Shown piece by piece: positions 10,705 to 20,991 of a stretch of DNA of 64,000 nt. The notes beneath the pieces were generated by a model that was given only the letters and a program-made list of their open reading frames with translations, searched no databases and had not been told where the DNA came from. How positions within the stretch are numbered: position 1 is the first letter of the stretch; each line of letters begins with the position of its first letter. The position numbers were made by a program, and so were the translations under genes. The DNA is from an uncultured delta proteobacterium (lineage in GTDB: Bacteria > Myxococcota > B64-G9). The DNA lies in contig CAVWHX010000004.1 in assembly GCA_963754925.1 (NCBI GenBank), forward strand, positions 576,001 to 640,000, given 5' to 3'.

Positions 10705-10937
10705 GCGACCTCCTTAATCATCAACCTTTCAGATACCGATATCGCAGCGTACCCTGTATCGATCGTTACTCAACGGATTGTTCGGTTATCATACTTCTTT
10801 TTGGATTTCAAGTGGATCTTCCAGGTCTTGCACTTTCAGAGGCTTCCTGTCATATATAAAGCCAAACTGGTGACCGGTATTCGTTCGCACGTTACGTTAT
10901 TTCAGTACCATGCTATGAGGACCGTTGAGGTGATTCA

Positions 10938-13202
10938 TTGAGTCAGATCGATCTCAGTCGTCTGCGGGCACAAACGGATCAAACTCGTCAAGCGGCGCAA
11001 GAAATCGGGCAACGGCTAACCAACGAGTGTATTCATTTGTGCAGCATGGTTAACTGTGGCGCCGAGGATCCCCTGTTAAGCACGCTGCTTAGCGGTCCGC
11101 TCGCCGAACTGGTGCGCAAAACCGGCTGGAACTCCCTGATCATCAATCCAGGCTCTACCTCAACCAAGGTGGCGGTATATAACGGCCTGAATCTTCATGC
11201 CAAAGCCGAGGTGCCGCTTGCGGCCGGCGGTCCCGATGGCATCGAGGAGCGGGTCGCCACCATCACGAACTGGTTTAGGGAAAACGGCTTGGTATTCGCC
11301 GAGCTCAGCGGGATTGCGGCGCGCGGCGGTTTTGTTGCGCCGGTGCCGAGCGGGACCTACCGCGTCACAAAACGCATGGTTGAAGATCTCGGCAGGGCTT
11401 ATTACCAACATGCCTCCAACATGGCCGTGCCCATTGCGCTGCGCCTTGGTGAATTAGTTAGTAAAGAGGTGACCATTACCGTCACTGACCCGGTCACCGT
11501 CGATGAGCTGGCCACGGTGTACCGCATCACGGGTTCGCCGGCTATCCGCAATGATGGTGTGGCGGTCCACTACCTCAACCATCGCGCAGTAGCCGCGCTG
11601 GCCGCGCATATCCTGGGAGTCGAGCCGGATAGGCTGCACCTGGTCACCGCTCATCTGGGTGGCGGGATGTCGGCTGTCCGCCATTCCGACGGACGGATGC
11701 TGCAGGTCTCCGCCGCCTTCGGCGGTATGCCTTCGGCCAATCGTTCAGGAGCATTGCCGCTGCACCAGGTCATCCGACTCATGGAGCAGAAAGAATACAC
11801 CCTCGATGCTCTGAAACGCGACGTGATGTCATCGGGAGGTCTGCTCGGCCTGGCGGGCACCACCGATTTCAAGGCTCTTTTTGCATTTCGCAGCCAGCGT
11901 GCAACCAACCAACAACGTCAAAAGATCGACCTATTGATCGAGTTTTACGCTAACCGAGTGGCAGGCGCGATCGCCGAGGTGTCGGCCGCCCCGCGGCCGT
12001 TGGATCTGGTGCTGCTTACCGGTGGTTTAGCGCATGATGAACATTTTTGCCAGATGGTCGCCGACCGGATTATGCAGCCGGTTCCGGTCGTGCGATTGCC
12101 CGGTTCGGTGGAGCAGCAAGCTCTCGCTGCCGGGCTGCTGCGCGCCTGCGCCGATCCCGGAAGCTTAGAAGATTATTCCCGAGCACGCGATACTCTTGCC
12201 GCGTTCCGCCACGAGGAAGACCTGGTGTTGGCGGTTTCGATCTTCACCTCGCCGCCTATCAAACCAGTCGATCCCATGCCGACCCGCCTCGACGAGATCG
12301 TCAAACGGGCTGCTGCCAGCGGACCGCCGCCCGTCATCGCACTGGTCGGGGCGGACAACGAGGAGGCCTTGCTCGCGGCGCGGCTCGCCAACATCGAGGA
12401 CCAACCGCCGCTGGTTCGTTTTCTGCTCCTGGGCCCATATGGTCGCGTTTCCCAGCTCGCCTGGGAACTGGATGTTTCAATCGATGGCGAGAATTACATT
12501 TTGGTGGATACCGCCGATCCAGCCGCCACGGCAGTCGAGCTCCTCAAGAACGGCCTCGCCGATACCCTGATGAAGGGCAACCTCCACACCGCCCAGTTGC
12601 TGAAGGCGTATCTGACATTTCTCAAAGGCCTTGGCAGCGCCAAGACACGGCTCAGCCACCTCGGCCTCTTTGAGATTCCCGGCCGACCTAAGTTGGTGTG
12701 TCTCACCGACGCCGCGATGAACACCTACCCAGATGTGGAGGCCCGTATCGAGATCCTTGAAAACGCCTTGTTAGCGCTGCGGCACCTTGGCTATCAGTGT
12801 CCCAAGGTCGCGGTCATTTCGGCGGTCGAGAAAGCTTCTCTGGCAGTCAGTTCATCCATGGATGCCAAGGAAATCGCCGACCACCTCAAGGATCGCTTTG
12901 ATCTGATCATCGAGGGGCCGCTGTCGGTGGATATCGCCCTCTCACCAGAATCAGCCAAGGAAAAATCGTACCCGGGTAGGATCCAGGGTGACGCCGACGT
13001 GTTGCTGGTGCCGAACATTGACACCGGCAATGCTATCTACAAAGCCTTCACGGTGACCTCGGGCGCTGCGACCGCCGGGACCATTATCGGCGGTCCCTGT
13101 CCGCTGATTCTCACGTCGCGCGGGGACAGCTCGCGCAGCAAACTGGCCTCTATAGCTTTGGCGGTATTGCTCATCAAGAAGATGAAAGGCGGCGTGGCAT
13201 GA
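10938..13202 (+). CDS. Butyrate kinase - phosphate butyryltransferase fusion
   Basis: N half: IINPGSTSTK, ARGG, HASN, VDE, HYLN, HLGGG, TGG (Buk). C half: LMKG, TDAAMN, EGPLSVDIA, DADVLLVPNIDTGNAIYK, LTSRGDS (Ptb/Pta). Confidence 0.9.
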   Translation: MSQIDLSRLRAQTDQTRQAAQEIGQRLTNECIHLCSMVNCGAEDPLLSTLLSGPLAELVRKTGWNSLIINPGSTSTKVAVYNGLNLHAKAEVPLAAGGPDGIEERVATITNWFRENGLVFAELSGIAARGGFVAPVPSGTYRVTKRMVEDLGRAYYQHASNMAVPIALRLGELVSKEVTITVTDPVTVDELATVYRITGSPAIRNDGVAVHYLNHRAVAALAAHILGVEPDRLHLVTAHLGGGMSAVRHSDGRMLQVSAAFGGMPSANRSGALPLHQVIRLMEQKEYTLDALKRDVMSSGGLLGLAGTTDFKALFAFRSQRATNQQRQKIDLLIEFYANRVAGAIAEVSAAPRPLDLVLLTGGLAHDEHFCQMVADRIMQPVPVVRLPGSVEQQALAAGLLRACADPGSLEDYSRARDTLAAFRHEEDLVLAVSIFTSPPIKPVDPMPTRLDEIVKRAAASGPPPVIALVGADNEEALLAARLANIEDQPPLVRFLLLGPYGRVSQLAWELDVSIDGENYILVDTADPAATAVELLKNGLADTLMKGNLHTAQLLKAYLTFLKGLGSAKTRLSHLGLFEIPGRPKLVCLTDAAMNTYPDVEARIEILENALLALRHLGYQCPKVAVISAVEKASLAVSSSMDAKEIADHLKDRFDLIIEGPLSVDIALSPESAKEKSYPGRIQGDADVLLVPNIDTGNAIYKAFTVTSGAATAGTIIGGPCPLILTSRGDSSRSKLASIALAVLLIKKMKGGVA

Positions 13203-15013
13203 CTAATCGTGATCAGCTGTTGGGGCTATCAAGCCTGGCCCCGCCCCCCGGCTTGCGCAAGGCGGGCCACTTTCAGAGTGTTGAAGAGTACGATGCGTTT
13301 TTACGGCAGACCTATCTCAATCCGGATGACTATTGGCATACGGTAGCTAAGGAGATCACCTGGATTAAGCAACCGCACGGGCTGGGCGGCCCCGGTAATT
13401 GGTTTCCCGACGGACAGCTCAACCTCTGCGATAATTGCCTCGATGTGCCGCTCACGCGCGGGCTTGCAAGTACCCTGCTGGAGGTAACCTGGGAAGACGC
13501 ATCAACAGATTATCCAACCTGGCCACTATCGAAAATCCAGAATGGCGTCGCACGACTTTGCGCCGAGCTTGGCTCGTTCAATCTGCCGGCGGGAGATCGG
13601 GTTTTGCTGGCCCTTTCCCCCGGGTTGGAACTGGTCCTCGCAACGCTGGCTAGCCTGCGGTTGGGGCTTGTCTGTGTGCCCTTCGATCCGGCAGTCGGTC
13701 CGACGAGGCTGGCTCGCCGGGCGACGGCGGCACACTGCCGGGCGATCGTCATGAGCGGAAGCTCGATCGGCGTTAACGAAATCATACAGGAGTCGAAAAC
13801 CTGGGATGCGCTCCACCGATTGGTGCTCGAGCCAGGGTGGGATAATGGGCCACCGTGCGCGTTACCACAACCGGTGCCGGTCCCCGCCATGCACCCCAGT
13901 TTTCTGCTTGCCGACTCGGCCGGTACCCTGTATGCATTACCGTCAGCGGGTTTTTTGATCCAGGCGCTGTCGGCCTGCCGTGCCGTTCTGGATAATCGAG
14001 GCAGCGACGACCGGTATTGGCTTCAAACGCCGGCCCATTACACCTGTTTGCAGGCTTCTGTGCTCGGCTTATTGTCGTGCGGTAGTACGGTGGCGCTGGC
14101 TTCAGCATTGGCCACGCCAACACCTGATGAACTACTCAAGGCTCTGTCAATCGTACGTCCGCGGGTAGCACTCATTCAAGCGCGGGATCTACAACGGATG
14201 CTCAAACCCTATCAGACCAGTGAACGAACCTATCGTCAGCCAGGACCCGAACTCTTCATATTGGAAGGCGAGACCGTCGAGCCGAGCTTTTATCGGTATC
14301 TCCGTACGGTGGTTTTTGACGGCAACACCCATATAGTGCAGGTCCTTTCGCGGGTAGAAGGCGGCGGCTATCTGGCTGGACCGTGCCCAACGGTTACGCC
14401 GGTCCGGCCCGCCTCAGTATCGTTGCCCCTGCCGGGGATAGACCTTACGGTGGTTGACGATCACGACGAGGAGTGCCACGTTAACCATGGTGGTTTCTTG
14501 GCGTTGCGACAGATGACACCGGGAATACCCCTCGAATTACAGCGAACAAAGCTCCCCGTGCGTCTGGGCGTGCGCTGTCGTCGCGATGCGGCGGGTTACC
14601 TGTGGACCATGGGCGAGGCACCTATCGAACGACCCGAGGGCCAAACGGTGACCGCCTCCGAACTTGAAGCCGTGATTGCGAACCTTTCGGGGGTTGAACA
14701 GGTGGTGGTGGTCCGCTATGAAGATACGCAGGGTGTCTGGCGCACGCATGCGTTTATTAAACTTGTCGAGGGAGAAGCGGCACTTGCCAGAATCAAGCAG
14801 GAGCTTGCACAGAAAGTGGGTGCAGAATCTGTCCCGGAGAGTTTTCAGGTGGTCAGCCAGCTGCCCTATAGTCGCAGCGGAAAATTACTCCGTAGTGTGT
14901 TGCGGCGGATTGCGCTGGGGGAGATCGATGGACTGAGCGATTTGGAGGCGGTGACGGATCCCGAACTAGTGCAGAATCTGATCTCAAGCGTGAAGCGAAA
15001 CGCTTCCCAATAG
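13199..15013 (+). CDS. Acetyl-CoA synthetase-like protein with degenerate catalytic motifs
   Basis: ACS N-terminus (WFPDGQLNLCDNCLD) and C-terminal LPYSRSGKLLR retained; YTSGSTGxPKG, WWQTE, TGD and GRxDD motifs absent. Confidence 0.8.
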   Translation: MTNRDQLLGLSSLAPPPGLRKAGHFQSVEEYDAFLRQTYLNPDDYWHTVAKEITWIKQPHGLGGPGNWFPDGQLNLCDNCLDVPLTRGLASTLLEVTWEDASTDYPTWPLSKIQNGVARLCAELGSFNLPAGDRVLLALSPGLELVLATLASLRLGLVCVPFDPAVGPTRLARRATAAHCRAIVMSGSSIGVNEIIQESKTWDALHRLVLEPGWDNGPPCALPQPVPVPAMHPSFLLADSAGTLYALPSAGFLIQALSACRAVLDNRGSDDRYWLQTPAHYTCLQASVLGLLSCGSTVALASALATPTPDELLKALSIVRPRVALIQARDLQRMLKPYQTSERTYRQPGPELFILEGETVEPSFYRYLRTVVFDGNTHIVQVLSRVEGGGYLAGPCPTVTPVRPASVSLPLPGIDLTVVDDHDEECHVNHGGFLALRQMTPGIPLELQRTKLPVRLGVRCRRDAAGYLWTMGEAPIERPEGQTVTASELEAVIANLSGVEQVVVVRYEDTQGVWRTHAFIKLVEGEAALARIKQELAQKVGAESVPESFQVVSQLPYSRSGKLLRSVLRRIALGEIDGLSDLEAVTDPELVQNLISSVKRNASQ

Positions 15014-15015
15014 GT

Positions 15016-17130
15016 ATGAGCGACATGAAACTCCAGACATTACTAGCCCCACAATCCATCGCGCTCTTCGGCGCCACCTCGAAACCCGAGCTGCGAGGCC
15101 AGTTGGTCGCCTCCAATCTTATCTCCGGTGGTTTTACTGGAGAGTTGGTTTTGGTCGACAACGCCGGTGGCACCTTGCAAGGCCGACCGATATACACCGA
15201 CGTACAGTCTTACACGGGTCAAGTCGATCTGGCCGTGATCGCCAGCACCAGCCAAGTCGTCCTTGATGCGCTGAATCAGGCTCTGTCGGTGAGAGCCAAG
15301 AGCATCGTCGTGATGAGTGCGGGTTTTAAAGGAGTCGATTCACCAATTATGGCGCAGGCCACCGAGATGGCGAATCTCTGTCGAAACCGCGGCTCGCGAC
15401 TGCTCGGCCCGGCCAGCCTGGGCCTGATCAATACTCATCATAAGCTCCATGCCATGTTCACCCGCCACAAACCGCGGCCGGGAGTTATTTCAGTTTTATC
15501 GCAGTCCGGCGCCGTATGCGAGGTGATCATTGATTGGGCCAATGCAAGCGGCGTTGGGTTGGCGAATGTGGTGAGCTTGGGCCACCAACTCGATCTCAAT
15601 GAAAACGATCTCCTGGCTGCCTTGGGAGAAGATGAGCAAACCAAGGTGGTGGTGGCCTACCTGGAGAGCATTGAGTCGGGCGATGCGTTCATCAAGGCAG
15701 CCGAAGCGGTTACGGCGGTAAAACCGGTCATCTGCTTCAAGGCCGGCAACAGTCCGGCTGGCGCCAAGAGCGCGCGACAGCATCTCGGTGTAAAACCGGG
15801 TATGGCGATGGCTTACGGCGCCGCCTTCAAACGCGCCGGGGTGATCCGGGCCGAGTCTCTCCAGTCGATGCTCGACTACGCAATCGCCCTGGCCCAGCAA
15901 CCACTGCCGCGGGGAGAGCGCATTGCACTCATCAGCAACGCCGATGGCCCGTCGATCATCGCCAGTGATAGCCTTGAACAGGCTTCGCTCCAGCTGGCAA
16001 CGTTCGATCCCGACAGCATCAACGCCCTCAGCACCCAGCTGCCAGGCGTCAGCATCGAGAACCCGGTCGATTTGCAGGGCGCGGACGAGCCGTCCCACTA
16101 CGCCCGCGTACTCGAGCTCGCGCTTCAGGACAAAAACGTGGATGCGGCACTGGTGTTGGTGACGCCCCAGGTGCCAACCCGTCCGATGGAAATAGCCCAA
16201 GCGCTGGTCAAGGCCGAAAACTCGGGGAAACCGGTTTTGACTTCATTTGTTGGCGGTACGGAGGTTTCAGGAGCGCGCGAAATCCTCTTCGGTTCCGACC
16301 TGCCCGATTATCCAACCCCGGCGCGGGCAGTAGCGACCTTGAAAGCTCTGTGCGAGCATGCCGCATGGAAACGCCGCCCACCCCGGGTCCTGGCCCGTTT
16401 CCTGGTCAACCGCCGTCGGGTCGAACGCATTATCCGGCGATTTAGTCGGCAACAACAGCCCCAGGTGGAAGAACATGCCACCAAGGATATGTTAAGAGCG
16501 TACGGGTTCGCGGTTCCGACGGGTTACCTGGCCCTCGACCCGCGCGAGGCGGTTGAGACGGCCGAGCGGATCGGCTTTCCAGTGGCAATGAAAGTGGCAT
16601 CGCCGGACATCCGCCACAAGGCGGCTGTCGGTGGAGTGCGCTTGAACATCACCACCCCCGAGGAGGTGCGCGACGCCTTCGATCTAATCATGATTCGCAT
16701 TCGCCGGATGGCTCCCACGGCGCATCCTGACGGCGTCTATATCGAAAAAATGTGCCGAACGGGGCGCGAGGTGATTTTGGGAATGCACCGCGATGCGCAG
16801 TTTGGGCCGATGCTGATGTTCGGCCTCGGCGGCGTCTTCGTCGAGGTCATGAAGGATGTGGCCTTCTATCTCGCGCCGATCACGGCTGATGAAGCCATGC
16901 AGATGCTGATGAACACCCGCTCCTTTGCTCTCCTGACCGGATCGAGCGGCCAGGCGGGGGTGGATTTGGCGGGTATCGCCGATGCGCTCCAGCGCATCAG
17001 TCAGTTGGTTACCGATTTTCCTCAGATAGCCGAACTCGAGATCAGCCCGCTCATCGTTGGTGAGTTGGGGACCGAGCCAATGGTGGCCGGCGCGCATGTT
17101 ACCCTAACCGGAGAGGGTAAACTATCATGA
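15016..17130 (+). CDS. ADP-forming acyl-CoA synthetase family (fused CoA-binding, ligase and ATP-grasp domains)
   Basis: PQSIALFGA, LLGPASLG, SQSGA, YLESI, NPVD, GFPVAMK..SPDI.HK..VGGV, FGPMLMFGLGG. Confidence 0.9.
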   Translation: MSDMKLQTLLAPQSIALFGATSKPELRGQLVASNLISGGFTGELVLVDNAGGTLQGRPIYTDVQSYTGQVDLAVIASTSQVVLDALNQALSVRAKSIVVMSAGFKGVDSPIMAQATEMANLCRNRGSRLLGPASLGLINTHHKLHAMFTRHKPRPGVISVLSQSGAVCEVIIDWANASGVGLANVVSLGHQLDLNENDLLAALGEDEQTKVVVAYLESIESGDAFIKAAEAVTAVKPVICFKAGNSPAGAKSARQHLGVKPGMAMAYGAAFKRAGVIRAESLQSMLDYAIALAQQPLPRGERIALISNADGPSIIASDSLEQASLQLATFDPDSINALSTQLPGVSIENPVDLQGADEPSHYARVLELALQDKNVDAALVLVTPQVPTRPMEIAQALVKAENSGKPVLTSFVGGTEVSGAREILFGSDLPDYPTPARAVATLKALCEHAAWKRRPPRVLARFLVNRRRVERIIRRFSRQQQPQVEEHATKDMLRAYGFAVPTGYLALDPREAVETAERIGFPVAMKVASPDIRHKAAVGGVRLNITTPEEVRDAFDLIMIRIRRMAPTAHPDGVYIEKMCRTGREVILGMHRDAQFGPMLMFGLGGVFVEVMKDVAFYLAPITADEAMQMLMNTRSFALLTGSSGQAGVDLAGIADALQRISQLVTDFPQIAELEISPLIVGELGTEPMVAGAHVTLTGEGKLS

Positions 17131-19007
17131 GCGAGACTCGTAAACCCAGTTATGATCCGCAGTGGCAGGAGAAGTATCGTGATATGCTTGCCACACCCGA
17201 GCAAGCAGTGCAAAAAATCCGTCCCGGCCAGCGCGTTTTCATCGGCACCGGTTGCGCCCAACCGCAAGAACTTGTGCGGGCGCTCACCGCTCGTTCGATC
17301 GAGCTGACCGATACACAAATAGTGCACCTGCTGACGCTCGGCGATGCGCCCTACGCCCACAAGGAGCTTACCCACAATTTCTCCGTGAACAGTTTCTTCA
17401 TTGCCGATAATGTCCGTGACGTTATCCAAGAAGGCCTGGGAGACTACACGCCGATTTTTCTCTCGGACATTCCGCGTCTGTTCGCTTCGGGCCAGTTGCC
17501 GCTTGATGCCGCCTTGATACAGGTCTCCCCGCCCGACGAGCGCGGATGGTGCAGCCTGGGAATCTCGGTCGACATCGTCAAGAGCGCGGCGGAAAACGCC
17601 GCGTTGGTTATCGCGCAGGTCAACCCCCAGATGCCCCGCACCCTGGGCGATAGTCTGCTCAATATCCAGGATTTTGATCTGTGTGTGCCGGTTGATCTGC
17701 CGCTGCTCGAAGCCAGGCCGGCCGTACCCGACGAGGTCTCGCGTCAGATTGCCATTCATGTCGCCAGTCTGATCGAAAATGGGGCCACGTTGGAGCTCGG
17801 TATCGGCCGCATCCCCCACAGTGTCTTGGAGTATCTGAAAGACCGAAAAGATCTGGGCATCCACACCGAGATGCTCTCCGATCCCATCATTGACCTGATC
17901 GAATCCGGGGCGGTTACCGGGGCCCATAAATCGGTTGACCGCGGCAAGATCGTGGCCAGCTTTTGCCTGGGCACCCGCAAACTCTACGATTACATCGACA
18001 ATAACCCGCTCTTTTCCTTTCATCCGACCGAATATGTCAACGATTCTTTCTTGATCGGCCAGCAACATAAGATGGTGGCGGTCAACATGGCCCTTGAAAT
18101 CGATCTCACCGGCCAGGTGTGCGCCGACTCGCTGGGCAGCAAGTTCTTTTCCGGAATCGGCGGGCAGGTGGACTTCAATAGAGGTGCGGCCCGCTCGGAA
18201 GGCGGCAAACCCATCGTCGCCCTTCCGTCCACCGCGAAAGGCGGCACTATCTCTCGAATCGTATGCCAGCTCAGCCCCGGCGCCGGGGTGGTGACCACCC
18301 GCGGCAGCGTGCACTATGTGGTGACGGAATACGGCGTGGCGTATCTCCATGGCAAGAACGTTCAGGAGCGCGCGCTTGCCTTGATCAGTATCGCTCACCC
18401 GGATTTTCGCGCCGAGCTGCTCAAGCGGGCGATCGAGGCCAAGTACCTGCGCCCCGAACTTTCCGACATCGAGGATCGCATTTGGGTTGGGCCGCCGGAA
18501 CTCCGCACAACGTATTTGCTCGACAACGGTACGCAGATCAATTTCAGGCCGATTCATCCCACCGACGAACCGGCGATGAAGGACTTGTTCTACGCTCTTT
18601 CACGCGAGTCGATCTACCGCCGTTTCATGGCTCACCTCAAACGGGTCTCGCACAAGCAGGTTAAGAATTTCGTCTATGTCGACCACCGCACCGAGGTGTC
18701 AATCGTGGGCACCGTGCCCGAGGCGTACGGCGAGGAGATCATCGTGGTCGGCGGCTACTACCTCGATCCCAAGACCAATCGCGCCGAGGTGGCTTTCACC
18801 GTGCGCGACGACTGGCAAAACAAAGGGATTGGTTCGTTCCTGCTGCGTTACTTAATCACCATCGCGCGGAGCAACGGCATCGCCGGTTTTACTGCCGAGG
18901 TGCTGCGCGAGAACAGGCCCATGCAAGCGGTATTCAACAAAAGTCCCTGCAAGGTCAAAAGCTTCCTCACCAGCGACGTCTATAGCTTTGAGCTGGAGTT
19001 CGCATAG
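17127..19007 (+). CDS. Acetyl-CoA hydrolase/4-hydroxybutyrate CoA-transferase family fused to a C-terminal GNAT
   Basis: LELGIG, GIHTEM, SGIGGQVDFNRGA, VVTEYGVAYL; GNAT motif AEVAFTVRDDWQNKGIGS and NRPM. Confidence 0.92.
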   Translation: MSETRKPSYDPQWQEKYRDMLATPEQAVQKIRPGQRVFIGTGCAQPQELVRALTARSIELTDTQIVHLLTLGDAPYAHKELTHNFSVNSFFIADNVRDVIQEGLGDYTPIFLSDIPRLFASGQLPLDAALIQVSPPDERGWCSLGISVDIVKSAAENAALVIAQVNPQMPRTLGDSLLNIQDFDLCVPVDLPLLEARPAVPDEVSRQIAIHVASLIENGATLELGIGRIPHSVLEYLKDRKDLGIHTEMLSDPIIDLIESGAVTGAHKSVDRGKIVASFCLGTRKLYDYIDNNPLFSFHPTEYVNDSFLIGQQHKMVAVNMALEIDLTGQVCADSLGSKFFSGIGGQVDFNRGAARSEGGKPIVALPSTAKGGTISRIVCQLSPGAGVVTTRGSVHYVVTEYGVAYLHGKNVQERALALISIAHPDFRAELLKRAIEAKYLRPELSDIEDRIWVGPPELRTTYLLDNGTQINFRPIHPTDEPAMKDLFYALSRESIYRRFMAHLKRVSHKQVKNFVYVDHRTEVSIVGTVPEAYGEEIIVVGGYYLDPKTNRAEVAFTVRDDWQNKGIGSFLLRYLITIARSNGIAGFTAEVLRENRPMQAVFNKSPCKVKSFLTSDVYSFELEFA

Positions 19008-19087
19008 TCTTGGCGTTTAGGTTCACTCTCAGGCCGGTTCTCTTGAGGCTATAAGAAACGTATCTGAAAAATATTACTCTGAACAAG

Positions 19088-19816
19088 TCACTTCGACGTT
19101 CCGAAATTTCTATGTCGCCATCGTACCTTGATCACATCAAGAAACATTTTCGGAGGATCTCTAAAAACTCTGACTTTAGAGCGTTCGTCATTGAGCCATA
19201 CAACGGGCACTTCTGCAACGTTTAGTCCGAGTTTACGAGCCAATAGCAACACTTCAACATCAAATGCAAAACCGTCCACCGTAGACCTTTCAAAGATGGA
19301 TCGAGCGGCATCTCGGCGATATAACTTGAACCCACATTGTGTATCCAGGTAGCCAGGTACACCACTGAGACGAGCCAGCACGTTGAAGAACCGCCCCATC
19401 AGCACACGGTACCAAGGCTGTCGGCGGGCTATGTTGGCTCCCTCAATAGAGCGAGATCCGATGACAACAGGAGCCTGTTCCGTGGCGGCAAGCAGTTTTT
19501 CAACGTCTTGGATAGGTGTTGACAAGTCAACATCCGAACAAAGAATCCATTCCAGCTTCGCGGCCAGAACACCCTGGCGGGTGGCGGCTCCTTTGCCTCG
19601 GTTCTGCGGCAGCTTAATCAACCTAAGAAGAGGCCACCGTTGCGTCATTGCGAATACGATTTTTGCTGTGTTGTCTTTACTCCCGTCGTCAACTACGATA
19701 ACTTCATAATCCGGAACGTTAGCTATACAATACTCACGCGTGCGATTAAGTGATTTTTCAATCCGTTCTTCTTCATTAAACGCTGGAAAGACGATCGATA
19801 GCGGTACTTTCTTCAT
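19088..19816 (-). CDS. GT2 polyprenyl-phosphate glycosyltransferase (Alg5/Dpm1-like)
   Basis: SIVFPAFNEE, VVDDGSKD, NRGKG, SDVDLS, DTQCGFK, FAFDVEVL. Confidence 0.9.
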   Translation of the reverse strand: MKKVPLSIVFPAFNEEERIEKSLNRTREYCIANVPDYEVIVVDDGSKDNTAKIVFAMTQRWPLLRLIKLPQNRGKGAATRQGVLAAKLEWILCSDVDLSTPIQDVEKLLAATEQAPVVIGSRSIEGANIARRQPWYRVLMGRFFNVLARLSGVPGYLDTQCGFKLYRRDAARSIFERSTVDGFAFDVEVLLLARKLGLNVAEVPVVWLNDERSKVRVFRDPPKMFLDVIKVRWRHRNFGTSK

Positions 19817-19886
19817 ATAATTCGGATAGCAGAGAAACTTTTTTCCAGCAACTCTTTCGAGCAAAGAAAATATCGTGCGGTATTTT

Positions 19887-20777
19887 CTAAAAGAAGCGTT
19901 TCAAGAGATTCCAGGCAATCGCCACCAGTGAACCGCCAAGGATATTTTTATCATGGCCCATCTCTGACTCCGTCATCAAGATTGTTTCCCCATGGCTCAG
20001 GTAACGTTTAGACTCAAGCAAACGGACTTCTTCTTCAAGAGCCCGTTTTTCCTTGAGGGCTGCTTTCTGAAGCCCGCCGTCTGAGATGAATGTCAGGATC
20101 CTATTCAACTCGTCAGCATCAAACCAAGTTCCGTGTTCCCGGCAAATATCGACCACCACGCCCGAGTAACGGCCGAAGTTTTGGCGATTCATGATCGTAT
20201 TGCACATGGGGCATCGAATATACCCCTGCGTGGGTACCTTATCCTTGAATTGGTTTGCTGCGGTTGCCGTCTTGTCCTGATTCACTGCCTTCGGCCGAGG
20301 AGCGGTCATCTGCGTGATGGCGACCGCCTGATCTCTATCCCGGTATATCTTTTCTAATGTTTCACGATCCACCCACATACCTTCACATTGTGCGCAGCGC
20401 TCAAGCGGATTACTTCCAACCACCTCGACCTGCAACAGCTGGTCTTTGCAGCGCGGGCAGGCATGCTGAGTTTGGCTTCCGTGGACAATCAGCCTACCGG
20501 CAAGCGCTTCTCCGCAATGGGGGCAATACGCTACCCCTGCAAAGGTCGCCCCGAAGCAATTGGGGCACAGGCCGGTAGCCAGCCGTGTGTCGCAAAAAGA
20601 ACATCGGCCTGCGATCGGATCAACCGGTGCCCCACACGCCGGACAGTTTATTTTGCCCGCTTCAGTTGGGCCCGCAGGCACGAGAATCGTGAGTCCACAC
20701 GGGCAACGAATGGTTTCGCCGGGGGAAGCCGCCCCAGAATCGATATGTCGCTTGCAGCGAGTACAAACGATAATCAT
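19887..20777 (-). CDS. Multi-zinc-ribbon protein (double zinc ribbon plus zf-TFIIB-like repeats)
   Basis: Many CxxC pairs; CAQCEGMWVD and DIC..HGTWFDADEL motifs. Confidence 0.85.
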   Translation of the reverse strand: MIIVCTRCKRHIDSGAASPGETIRCPCGLTILVPAGPTEAGKINCPACGAPVDPIAGRCSFCDTRLATGLCPNCFGATFAGVAYCPHCGEALAGRLIVHGSQTQHACPRCKDQLLQVEVVGSNPLERCAQCEGMWVDRETLEKIYRDRDQAVAITQMTAPRPKAVNQDKTATAANQFKDKVPTQGYIRCPMCNTIMNRQNFGRYSGVVVDICREHGTWFDADELNRILTFISDGGLQKAALKEKRALEEEVRLLESKRYLSHGETILMTESEMGHDKNILGGSLVAIAWNLLKRFF

Positions 20778-20991
20778 GTCGATAGATCCTGTCCTCAATC
20801 TCCCCTACCATTGATACTACAAAAGCGAGTTGATTTTCCAGATAATCGCCGCCTAACGATCCGCAGGTGATATTAAAAAAGCTCGACTTGGGATTTAAAT
20901 TAGGGTAGGCAGCGTTTCACGGTTTGTGAGGGAACTGAACCTATAGGATTATTAAGTTCTGGGCCAACCATTTTGAGAAAGGAGACACCGT

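Noticed and set aside
17022..18557. 511-aa antisense ORF (likewise 26370-27314, 30504-31460, 38339-39355)
   Set aside because: Shadow frames of well-supported genes with GC-rich third positions; no recognisable motifs
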